From assembly GCA_963836075.1 (NCBI GenBank), contig CAWIIB010000001.1:640001-704000 (forward strand): a stretch of 64,000 nt of DNA. The letters are read 5' to 3'. The stretch's first letter is position 1; each line of letters opens with the position of its first letter. Positions 29,301 through 38,350 of this stretch are shown one piece after another. Source of the stretch: an uncultured Acidobacteriota bacterium. Its GTDB lineage: Bacteria > Acidobacteriota > JAQAZP01. The notes under the pieces are model-generated. The model was given only the letters and a program-made list of their open reading frames with translations, ran no database searches and was not told the DNA's origin. The position numbers were made by a program, and so were the translations under genes.

Positions 29301-31590
29301 ATCATCCCGGTATCCCTCTCTCTCGGCGGCACCTTCACCGTGGTCCCCGGAGGCGGCGGTGATTTCGACACCCTCCGGGATGCGCTGGACAACGCCGTCC
29401 ACGGCGACACCATCCTGGTGGCCGCGGGCACATACAGCGGCCCCGAGAACAGGGACCTCGACTTCGGTGGCATCGACGTGTCACTGGTCTCGATCGACGG
29501 TCCGGAGAAGACGATCATCGACTGCCAGGGCGACGGGCGGGCGTTCCACTTCCAGGGCGGCGAGAGCCGGGCAGCCACGGTGTCCGGCTTCACCATCACC
29601 GACGGTTCGGCCAAGAACGGCGGTGGGGCGATGCTCTTCGCGGTGCCGCCTCCCCGACGGTCACCAACTGCCGCTTCGTGGCCAACGCGGCCCAGATATC
29701 CGGGGGCGCGGCGTTTAGTGCCGGCACGATTCCTCCCCGCTCTTCCTCCGCAAAACCTTCCGCGAAAACCAGGCGGTGGAACGGGGCGGCGGAATGAACG
29801 TCATCGCATTTCAGTTCCGCCGAGCTTGTGGAAAACACGTTCGAGAGCAATGCACCGTGGAATATGGCGGTGGGATCTATGTCAGTTCCGACACGCCGGT
29901 CGTCATCCGCGGCAACAGCTTCGAAGGGAACAGCTGCACCGACCAGTGGAACAGCAGTCTTCGGGGGCGGGGTCTGCGTCGTCTGGCAGACCCTGGAGGA
30001 CAACATCTTCACCGGCAACATGGGCCCACCACGGCGGCGGGCTCTGGGGCTACCACTGCGAGTTGATCAACAACCTCTTCACCGGCAACCACGCGCTGCA
30101 AAAGGGCGGCGGGGCCTTCTTCGAGACGGCGGGGTGGTCCTGTCCACCACCATCGCCGGGAACACCGCCGGCACCCGGGGCGGCGGCCTCTTCCTCGCCC
30201 AGACCGGGACCTGCCGGATCAGCAACAGCATCCTCTGGGGCAACCAGTCGCTTTACGACCATGAGATCTGTCTCGGTTTTCCGGAGGACACCACGCTGAC
30301 CTTCGATTATTCCGACGTCGAGACGACCGGCGACTGGATCAGCGACGACGCCGATTTGACCTGGGGCAAGGGGAACCTGGAGACGGACCCGCTCTTTGTG
30401 CAGGGCCAGCTGGGCAGCCACCTGCTGAGCCAGGCGGCCGCCGGGCAAAGCGTCACCAGCCCCTGCGTAAACGCCGGTAACCCGATGAGCGAATGATTGA
30501 CGGCACCACCCGCACCGACGGTGTTCCTGACGCCGGCATCCTCGACATCGGCTTTCACCACCCGGCCGGCACACCGCCGCCACCATACAGCGCGCTGATC
30601 ACCGGCCCCGGGCCGGCACCGGCAACCCGCCGCTGGTGCGGGTCTTCCCGGCGGAACAGGACGCCTCCTACGATTATGAATTCCCGGCATACGGCGCCAC
30701 CGAATACGGCGTCAACGTGGCCGCCGGTGATGTGAGCGGAGAATGGTATCGATCCATCCTCACCGGCGCCGGCCCGGGCGAGATCTACGGTCCCCACGTG
30801 CGGGGCTTCCGGGTGGACGGCACTCCCCTGCCCGGCCTCAGCTTCATGGCCTACGGCACCAACAAGTATGGGGTCGAACGTGGCTGCCGGCGACTTGGAC
30901 AACGATGGATACGACGAGATCGTCACCGGCGCCGGACCGGGGGCGGTGTTCGGGCCTCACGTGCGCGGCTGGGACTACGACGGCACGCCGGGGGTTGCCC
31001 CGGTGCCCGGCGTATCCTACTTCGCCTACGGCACGCTCAAGTGGGGGGTCAATGTCGCCTGCGGCGACATCGACGGTGACGGCTATGACGAGATCGTCAC
31101 CGGCGCCGGCCCGGGTGCCGTGTTCGGTCCCCACGTGCGGGGCTGGAACGTGGACGGCGGAGCGGCGGCGGCCATACCGGCGGTGAGTTTCATGGCCTAC
31201 GGAACGAACCGGTTCGGTGTCCGCGTCACCTGCGGCGACGTGGACGGCGACGGCATTGACGAGATCGTCACCGGCCCCGGCCCCGGCACGATCTTCGGCA
31301 CCCATATCCGCGGCTGGAACTACGACGGCGGAGTGCTGGCTGAAATCCCGGGGATCAACTTCTTTGCCTGGGCCCACAGCCTGGCCAGCTACGGGGCCAA
31401 CGTCTGGGCCGGCACCGACCTCGACGGCGACGGCCGGGACGAACTGGTGGTGGGCTGCGGGCCCGATCCCGATGTGGGCACGCCGGTCAAGGCCTACCGC
31501 TACGACGGGAAGCAGGTCTCCCAGTGGTTCTCGCTGGAGGCGTTCGAGGGCATGACCCACGGCACCACCGTGGCGGCGGGGCGGTTCTGA
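26364..31590 (+). CDS. Giant secreted protein: three beta-helix units with BACON-like spacers plus C-terminal FG-GAP-like module; many frameshifts (assembly error or pseudogene)
   Basis: Signal peptide; three starts of type 'GDxxTxQxxLxxAVxGDTxxVxxGTY'; GGG-rich PbH1-like repeats; three 'LSQxAAGQ..SPCxxAG..TTRTD..D(I/M)G(Y/F)H' motifs; terminal ORF 30868..31590 carries the propeller repeats. Confidence 0.7.
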
Positions 31591-31593
31591 AGT

Positions 31594-32280
31594 TCAACGG
31601 CCCTGCTTCTGCAGCCGGACCAGCCTCCGGGAATAGAGGATCAGGCCGACCCAGAGCAGCAGGATCACCCCGCTGGCCGGCAGGGTGGCGTTGTAGGCCA
31701 GCAGGAAGAAGTCGTAGAGGCCGTGGGCGGCCATGGCCAGACCCAGGGTCGCCAGCTGCCAGAGCAGACGGGCGGTACGGGTGCGGCTGACCAGCAGGGC
31801 GTGGGCCGTGCCAAAACCCCAGATGGCGGCGAAGAGGGTGTGGGTCAGCGGCGAAGTGACGGCCCGGGCCAACTGGTGGGGCCAGGGCAGCAGTTGGGAG
31901 TAAAGCAGGTTCTCCACCGTGGCAAAGCCGATGGCCACGGCGCCGGCATAGACCATGCCGTCGATGCGCTCGTCGAAATGGCGCCAGCGGAAGACCAGGG
32001 TCCGGGCGGCCAGGAACTTGGCCCCCTCCTCCACCGGGCCCACCAGGAGCAGACAGTAGATCGCTATATCGCCGATACCCTCCCCCGGCCACAGCGGAAA
32101 GCCGAGCAGTCCGGCCAGCCAGTAAAGGCCCAGGGCCAGAACGGCCGAACCGCACCCGCAGACCCAGGCCAGCAGCAGCAGGCGCCGCGGTTCCGGTTTC
32201 AGCGAATCCTTGTGGTCGAAGTAGAGCATCCAGAGCAGGGCCCCGGCGGCGATGAACCCCACTGTGCGCACCAGCAGCAT
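31594..32280 (-). CDS. PrsW-family intramembrane glutamic protease
   Basis: EP motif, GPVEEGAK, DGMVYAG..GFATVEN, HTLFAAIWG, HGLYD; hydrophobic. Confidence 0.88.
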   Translation of the reverse strand: MLLVRTVGFIAAGALLWMLYFDHKDSLKPEPRRLLLLAWVCGCGSAVLALGLYWLAGLLGFPLWPGEGIGDIAIYCLLLVGPVEEGAKFLAARTLVFRWRHFDERIDGMVYAGAVAIGFATVENLLYSQLLPWPHQLARAVTSPLTHTLFAAIWGFGTAHALLVSRTRTARLLWQLATLGLAMAAHGLYDFFLLAYNATLPASGVILLLWVGLILYSRRLVRLQKQGR

Positions 32281-32696
32281 CTATCCCTCCCGTTTCTTCA
32301 GTCACCAACCGCTTCGGACGCCGCGCCATCTCCCATGAGATGTACCTTTATCGCAAACGCCCGATGTTCAGGAAAAGCTGTTTTTTCATGGAGGTAACAA
32401 TTCTCCCCCTAAAGCTATTCCGGGTTTCAGCCGATAAAAAAAGTGGAGACGTCGAATAATTACGGGGATTGTGAAAATTCGACGAATTCGCCCCCTCCGC
32501 ACTTACCTCCGCGGAGGGGGCTTCCCACCTTTCTCGTTCCCGGCCTTTCTTGACTACATCGCACTGGCCCACATACAATTGCGCTGGTCTGCAACCCTTC
32601 GACGCCGTGAGCCAACCGGGCCGCTCACTGCGCCCGCAGGCCGGAGATCCGTCAATAACTGGCCCGGGGGCGGCAAGGGCAGGACACTCAAAGGCA

Positions 32697-34040
32697 ATGA
32701 CCGAAGAGCAGGATTCACTCCCTCCGCCCGTGATCATACCCCGGGCCGAACACTCCATTTCACGGAAGTTTATCGATGAAGACGCCCTGAAGGTGCTCTA
32801 CCGGCTGCGGCGCTTCGGCTTCACATCGTACCTGGTGGGGGGCGGGGTGCGGGATATCCTGCTGGGCAAAAGGCCCAAGGACTTCGATATCGCCACCAAC
32901 GCCCGGCCCAGCGAGATCCGCAAGCTGTTCCGCAACAGCCGCACCATCGGGCGCCGGTTCCGCCTGGTGCAGGTCTTTTTCCGCGGGTCCAAGATCGTCG
33001 AGGTGGCCACCTTCCGCTGCCTGTCGGAGTTTGACCGGGGACGGGAGGGCGGGGAGAGCGAAAAGAAAGAGAAGGGCGACGAGGAACCCACCCGCAGCCA
33101 GAACAGTTTCGGCACCCCGGCCGAGGACGCCTTCCGCCGCGACATCACCATCAACGGCCTGTTCTACAACGTGGACGACTTCACCGTGGTCGATTATGTC
33201 GGCGGCCTGGAAGATCTGCGCCAGGGTATCGTGCGCAGCATCGGCAATCCCCGCGAACGTTTCCACGAAGACCCGGTGCGAATGATCCGGGTCGTGCGCC
33301 ACGCCGCCCGCACCGGGTTCACCATCGATCCGGAGACCTACAGCGCGGTGCTCGACATGCAGCAGGAGATCACCTCCTGCCCCCAGGCCCGGGTGCGGGA
33401 CGAGTTCCTCCGCGACCTGGGCAGCGGGTCAGCCGCTCCGGCCATGGACCTGCTGATGAAGACCGAAATCATCTTTACCCTCTACCCCGAGTACCGGGAG
33501 TGCCTCGGCGATGGCTCGTGCCCGGAAGCTGCCGAATACCGGGCCTACATGCTGCGGCTGCTGGAGGTCCTGGACCGCACCATGACCGGGCCCAATCCCC
33601 CGGGACGGGCCACCATGCTGGCCACTTTCCTGCTGCCGATGTTCGGCGCCCTGGTGGACCGCACCCCCCACCCCCCGGGGGTCCGCCTCTCCACTTTCCT
33701 CAACCGCCTGGGTATGGAGCAGATCAAACCGCTGCTGATGCGCTGGTCATTTTTCAAACGTGACAGCGAGATCGTGCGCCAGATCCTCTCCGCCCAGCCC
33801 CAGATCCGCCGCGCGGTGAGCCGGGGCAGCCTGCCGGGTTCACTGACCCGCAAAAACTACTTCGACCCGGCGCTGATCCTCTACCAGATCGAGGCCGCCA
33901 CCCGGGGCGAATCGATGCCGCCCCTGCTGCGCGACGCCCGCCCCAACCTGCCCTGGCCGCTGGCCGCACCCGCTCCGCGGCGGCGACGGAGCAAACCCCG
34001 CCGCCGGGCGGGGGGCCGAAGGACCGACACGAAAAACTAA
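32697..34040 (+). CDS. pcnB: Poly(A) polymerase I
   Basis: YLVGGGVRDILLGKRPKDFDIAT, PAP signature IGRRFRLVQV, RRDITINGLFY, EDPVRMIR, Arg-rich C-terminal tail. Confidence 0.9.
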   Translation: MTEEQDSLPPPVIIPRAEHSISRKFIDEDALKVLYRLRRFGFTSYLVGGGVRDILLGKRPKDFDIATNARPSEIRKLFRNSRTIGRRFRLVQVFFRGSKIVEVATFRCLSEFDRGREGGESEKKEKGDEEPTRSQNSFGTPAEDAFRRDITINGLFYNVDDFTVVDYVGGLEDLRQGIVRSIGNPRERFHEDPVRMIRVVRHAARTGFTIDPETYSAVLDMQQEITSCPQARVRDEFLRDLGSGSAAPAMDLLMKTEIIFTLYPEYRECLGDGSCPEAAEYRAYMLRLLEVLDRTMTGPNPPGRATMLATFLLPMFGALVDRTPHPPGVRLSTFLNRLGMEQIKPLLMRWSFFKRDSEIVRQILSAQPQIRRAVSRGSLPGSLTRKNYFDPALILYQIEAATRGESMPPLLRDARPNLPWPLAAPAPRRRRSKPRRRAGGRRTDTKN

Positions 34041-34047
34041 GCTGGGA

Positions 34048-35013
34048 TTACCGGTATTCCACCGGGACGGCGCGAAGGTAGCGGGTAGTGCGGTATTTGC
34101 GCTCGAAGTCCACGTAGGCCCGCTGCACCTGCTCTTCTTCCAGTTCCAGAACCGCCGCGGCCTCGGCCACGGGGACACCGTTCTCCTGGGCGTACCACAG
34201 CAGGTCCATCAACTGGAAGGGCAGGCGGTAGAAGAACTCCTCCTGGCTGCATTCGGCACTGTAGGTGTCGGTGGTGGGTATGCGGGTGCGGATCGACTCC
34301 GGAACGCCCAGGCGCTCGGCCAGCTGGAAGACCTGGGTTTTGTAGAGGTGGGCAATGGGCTTCACGTCGGCCCCGCCGTCACCATACTTGACGAAGAAAC
34401 CCTGGTCGTGCTCGTTCCTGTTGCCGGTGCCGATCACCGCATAGTTCAGCAGTTCGGCGTGGTAGTAAAGCATGCACATCCGCGAGCGCTGCTTGAAGTT
34501 CGAGGCGGCCACGATCTGCAGGTAGTCGCGGAGGTTCAGGCGCTTGCTCTTTGGTTCGCCTTGGGGGGGAATAACGGTGAGGCGGAAGATGTTCAGCGCG
34601 CCGGTCTCCAGCAGGTCGGGCAGGACGATCTTGGCCTTCCACTCCGCGGTGAACTCGGGAAAGACCCGCTTGATCGCCTCGTCCCGCCGCTGGTAGCAGC
34701 CGAAGCCGTCCAGCGAGGGTGTCATGTTCTCCAGCAGCGGCTCGGCGGCGCCCACCGCCTGGCAGAGTTCCCGGGCCAGGGCTTCGCTTTCCGGGTTCGA
34801 GTCCTCCTCGGGCATCATCACGCCCCGAACCTTCTCCTTGCCAAAAGCCTTGACGCTGAGGGCCAGAACCACCGACGAGTCGATACCCCCGCTGATGCCC
34901 ACCACGGCGCCACCCCGCTTGAGGTCCAGGACCACCGTCTGCTTCAGCTGCTGCACCAGGTCGTCGATCACCGCATCCGCGTCCAGCGTCAGAATGTCCC
35001 TGTTGAATGACAT
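34048..35013 (-). CDS. nadE: NH3-dependent NAD+ synthetase
   Basis: VGISGGIDSS, NFKQRSRM, GTGNRNE..GFFVKYGDGG, HLYKTQV. Confidence 0.92.
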   Translation of the reverse strand: MSFNRDILTLDADAVIDDLVQQLKQTVVLDLKRGGAVVGISGGIDSSVVLALSVKAFGKEKVRGVMMPEEDSNPESEALARELCQAVGAAEPLLENMTPSLDGFGCYQRRDEAIKRVFPEFTAEWKAKIVLPDLLETGALNIFRLTVIPPQGEPKSKRLNLRDYLQIVAASNFKQRSRMCMLYYHAELLNYAVIGTGNRNEHDQGFFVKYGDGGADVKPIAHLYKTQVFQLAERLGVPESIRTRIPTTDTYSAECSQEEFFYRLPFQLMDLLWYAQENGVPVAEAAAVLELEEEQVQRAYVDFERKYRTTRYLRAVPVEYR

Positions 35014-35243
35014 GATTCCCCGTTTTCCCCCTCTTCCCGGCTGTGGTTGACAGCGCCGGCCGATAATCGTCAAACAGTCAGTTTTCCGTATCCCAATAAA
35101 CCGTACACCGATCCGGAGGCCCGTGTCCAGTATTCCATATCGGCCGCGGGTCCACCGATTGACTGATTCCCCGGTCTCCTGTACTATTTTTTTGTGCCGC
35201 AGAGCGACTGATTCATCAACAACCGCGCCAGGGAGGTGGAAAT

Positions 35244-35930
35244 ATGCTCCAGCCAGCCGATCTCTTCGATTTCCAGGGCTGGAAATATGCCGATCTGTTT
35301 GACGATGTGGCTTACGTCTGGGAGGTCCTTCCCCGGATCAGGGAGTACATCCTCTCGCGACTTGAACCGGGCATCGAAGGCACCGTGATGGACGGCGCGT
35401 TTCTCGAAGGGAACGACATCTTCATCGGCCCGGAGACGGTGGTGGAACCGGGAGCGTTGATCCGCGGACCGGCGATCATCGGCGCACATTGTGAGATCCG
35501 CCAGGGGGCCTACATCCGGGGCCAGGCGCTGGTGGGCGACCATTGCGTGGTGGGCCACACCACCGAGATGAAGAATTCGGTGATGCTGGACGGGGCCAAG
35601 GCGGGCCACTTCGCCTATATCGGCGACAGCATCCTCGGCAGGGAGGTGAACCTCGGCGCGGGGACCAAGCTGGCCAACCTGAAGATCAACAACTCGCAGG
35701 TCACCATTCGCCACGAGGGCGAGGTGTACCAGACCGGGCTGCGCAAGTTCGGGGCGATCCTGGGGGACAGTGTCGAGCTGGGCTGCAACAGCGTCTCCTC
35801 ACCCGGGACCATCGTCGGCCCGCAATCGCTGGTCTACCCCAACAGTTCGGTGGCCGGGGTGGTCCCCGCGCGGTCCATCGTCAAGTTGAAACAGAACCAG
35901 GAAATCCATCCCCGGCGGCTCCTCGACTGA
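35244..35930 (+). CDS. Hexapeptide-repeat (left-handed beta-helix) acyltransferase, GlmU C-terminal-like
   Basis: GPETVVEPGALIRGPAIIG, HFAYIGDSILG, NLGAGTKLANL, RKFGAILGD. Confidence 0.85.
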   Translation: MLQPADLFDFQGWKYADLFDDVAYVWEVLPRIREYILSRLEPGIEGTVMDGAFLEGNDIFIGPETVVEPGALIRGPAIIGAHCEIRQGAYIRGQALVGDHCVVGHTTEMKNSVMLDGAKAGHFAYIGDSILGREVNLGAGTKLANLKINNSQVTIRHEGEVYQTGLRKFGAILGDSVELGCNSVSSPGTIVGPQSLVYPNSSVAGVVPARSIVKLKQNQEIHPRRLLD

Positions 35931-35972
35931 ACGGTGGGCGGAGGCGCGGATTACGGCAGGAGGGCCGGCATC

Positions 35973-36695
35973 GTGAGCAGACTGGACGCCCTGTTCTTCG
36001 ACATCGACGACACCCTCTTCTCCACCTCGGATTTTGCCGCCTCGGCGCGGCGGGCCAGCGTCCGGGCGATGATCGCGGCCGGCCTGCAGGCCGATGAGCA
36101 GCAATGCTTCAAGGAACTGTATGAGGTGATCCGCGAGTTCGGGCCCAACTTCCCGCGGCACTTCGAGAAGCTGCTGCTGCGCTACCCCGAGAAGAACCTC
36201 AGCGGCGTCAACCCGGCCATTATCAGCGCCTCCGGCGTGGTGGCCTACCACAAGACCAAGAACAGCGAACTGCGCCCCTACCCCGACGTGGTGGAAGCGT
36301 TCCAGGTGCTGAAGAGCCGCAATCTGCGCATCGGCATTATAACCGCCGGCCTGGCCGCCAAGCAGGCGGAGAAACTGGTGCGCCTCGACCTGCTGAAATA
36401 CATCGACCCCCACGCCATCTTCATCACCGACCAGCTGGGCATCGGCAAGCCGAACCCCAAGCTCTACCTCACCGCCTGCCGGTCCCTGGACCTCGAGACG
36501 TCCCGCTGCATGTATGTGGGAGACCGCCCGGTGGACGACATCGACCCCGCGGGGGAGGTGGGCATGGTGACGGTGCTCAACCGGCGGGTCAGCAAACCGA
36601 TCAGCCAGTCGGGCAAGCGGCTGCCCGACTACCAGATCTACAACTTCCACGATCTGCTGGATATTCTGCGTTCCGACTTCGGGCTGGATGACTAA
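35973..36695 (+). CDS. HAD-superfamily hydrolase
   Basis: FFDIDDTL, GIITAG, GKPNP, YVGDRPVDDI. Confidence 0.88.
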   Translation: MSRLDALFFDIDDTLFSTSDFAASARRASVRAMIAAGLQADEQQCFKELYEVIREFGPNFPRHFEKLLLRYPEKNLSGVNPAIISASGVVAYHKTKNSELRPYPDVVEAFQVLKSRNLRIGIITAGLAAKQAEKLVRLDLLKYIDPHAIFITDQLGIGKPNPKLYLTACRSLDLETSRCMYVGDRPVDDIDPAGEVGMVTVLNRRVSKPISQSGKRLPDYQIYNFHDLLDILRSDFGLDD

Positions 36696-38167
36696 GGTCT
36701 GCCGCTGGACGCCGGCGTGCTGCCGGCCAGCACGGCGCAGATGCTGTCCTGCAGCCGCTTGGCCTCGCTGTTGCCCAGCTTGTTCCCGTTCATCAGAATC
36801 GAGAAGGCCACCGGGCCCGCGTCCGGGTTGCCGGCCACGCCGCTGAGCGAGCTGACCCCGTTGATGAACCCGCTCTTGGCCCTGACCCGGCGCAGCGCGC
36901 TGCCGCCGGTCATCCGTTTCTTCAGCGTGCCGTCCGCCCCGGCCACCGGCAGGGAGGAAAAGAACTCGGGTCCGATCTGGAAGTCATTCCAGGCGTGGCT
37001 GACCACTGCGGTGAGCAGCCGGGCGGTGACCCGGTTGTCCGGAGACAGCCCGGACGCGTCATCCAGCACCACCCCGGCCATCGGCAGCTGCTGATACCTG
37101 AGGTAGGAGTCCACCGCCAGCAACCCATTGGCGGTGGTCCCTGGTGCGCCAAGCATCTCGGCGCCGATGGTCTTGAGGATCATCTCTGCCGAGAAGTTGT
37201 TGGAGTATTTGTTCATCTCCACCAGCAGCCGGCCCAGCGACCGCGACTGGAAGGAGTAGATCTCCTCCGCGCCCTCCGGGACGGTTCCCAGGGAGGGCGG
37301 TCGGCCGAAGGAAATCCCCACCTCTTCGGCCACTTCCACGAACGAAGAGAGGAAATAACCGGCGGGGTCCTCAACGCTGCGCAGGGTCACCGACGTCGGG
37401 TGGTCAAGGGGGATCGCCCCGCCCACCACCACCTCGTTGCGGCCGTCCCGGTAGCGGCGGTCCACGGTAAGGGTCATCTTGCCCTTGCGGGTCACCGCGC
37501 GGTTCAGCACGGTGAAGAACCGGCTGAAGGGGTCGACGACCACCACCGGCGGCTGTCCGGAGCGCTCGGCCGGCCGGACGATCACGTTCACCGAGTTGAA
37601 GTTGCAGGAGAGGGCACCCACCGGCGCGGCAAAAGCGCGGTGGGCATAACTCGACTTCCACCGCCGGTTCCGTCCCTGGCGGTCGAAAAATGTGTCGTCC
37701 CCCACCAGGCCGCCGCGCACTTCGCGGATGCCGAGATTGCGCAACTGACGGGCCATGACCCAGAGGTTCTCGCAGACCAGGTCGGGCGCTCCCCTGCCCT
37801 GCACATGGAGATCTCCCTCCAGCACGCCGTTGCGGACCGGTCCGCCGGCGAAAAACGGTGTCTCGTAGACATAGTCGGGCTTGAGCGCCCAGAGCGCCGC
37901 GGCAGCGGTGACCAGCTTCATGTTCGACGCCGGGACCAACGAGTCATTGGCCGAGCGGGAGTAGAGCACCCGGCCGTCCACCAGGGAGACGGCGTGGAGG
38001 GCCACCTTCATCGAGGCCGGCCGGCGGCCGGCCAGCAGCTTGTCCAGCGCGGCCTCCATGGAACGGGATGGCGCCGTTTCCTTTGCCGCCAGCGGCAGCA
38101 GCATCATGAGCGCGGCCAGGGCCAGCGCCCCGCCGTAGCGCAGCAGTCGAGCGTAATTCCGGTTCAT
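36692..38167 (-). CDS. dacB: D-alanyl-D-alanine carboxypeptidase/endopeptidase (PBP4, S13)
   Basis: Signal peptide; PASNMK (SxxK), SNN, AKSG, DASGLS, SLPVAGADGTL. Confidence 0.93.
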   Translation of the reverse strand: MNRNYARLLRYGGALALAALMMLLPLAAKETAPSRSMEAALDKLLAGRRPASMKVALHAVSLVDGRVLYSRSANDSLVPASNMKLVTAAAALWALKPDYVYETPFFAGGPVRNGVLEGDLHVQGRGAPDLVCENLWVMARQLRNLGIREVRGGLVGDDTFFDRQGRNRRWKSSYAHRAFAAPVGALSCNFNSVNVIVRPAERSGQPPVVVVDPFSRFFTVLNRAVTRKGKMTLTVDRRYRDGRNEVVVGGAIPLDHPTSVTLRSVEDPAGYFLSSFVEVAEEVGISFGRPPSLGTVPEGAEEIYSFQSRSLGRLLVEMNKYSNNFSAEMILKTIGAEMLGAPGTTANGLLAVDSYLRYQQLPMAGVVLDDASGLSPDNRVTARLLTAVVSHAWNDFQIGPEFFSSLPVAGADGTLKKRMTGGSALRRVRAKSGFINGVSSLSGVAGNPDAGPVAFSILMNGNKLGNSEAKRLQDSICAVLAGSTPASSGRP

Positions 38168-38284
38168 TCCAATCCGCCTCGGTAGAGCTGTGGTGCGGCG
38201 GCCTTCCGCACAAGTCTGCCTGTGTTGGGGTTTATGCTTGTCTTTCAGCTTACCACAGGGCTCCACCATCGATCAAAAGCGTGC

Positions 38285-38325
38285 AAAAAGAAAAGGCGGG
38301 ACAACGGTTACCCCGTTGCCCCGCC
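38285..38325 (-). terminator. Rho-independent terminator downstream of the selenoprotein gene
   Basis: Minus strand GGCGGGGCAACGG-GGTAA-CCGTTGTCCCGCC-TTTTCTTTTT. Confidence 0.75.
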
Positions 38326-38350
38326 AATAGCATCTACTCAAACTGCCGGA

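Noticed and set aside
30488-30500. TGA at 30494-30496 within the giant surface gene as recoding
   Set aside because: Restoring one A gives E-M-I-D-G-T-T-R-T-D, matching the repeat consensus; this is a frameshift.
32491-32520. Perfect 10-bp hairpin CCCCCTCCGC-N10-GCGGAGGGGG between the PrsW gene and pcnB
   Set aside because: The structure is real, but it has no U-tract and no recognisable riboswitch or ncRNA consensus, so no function can be supported.
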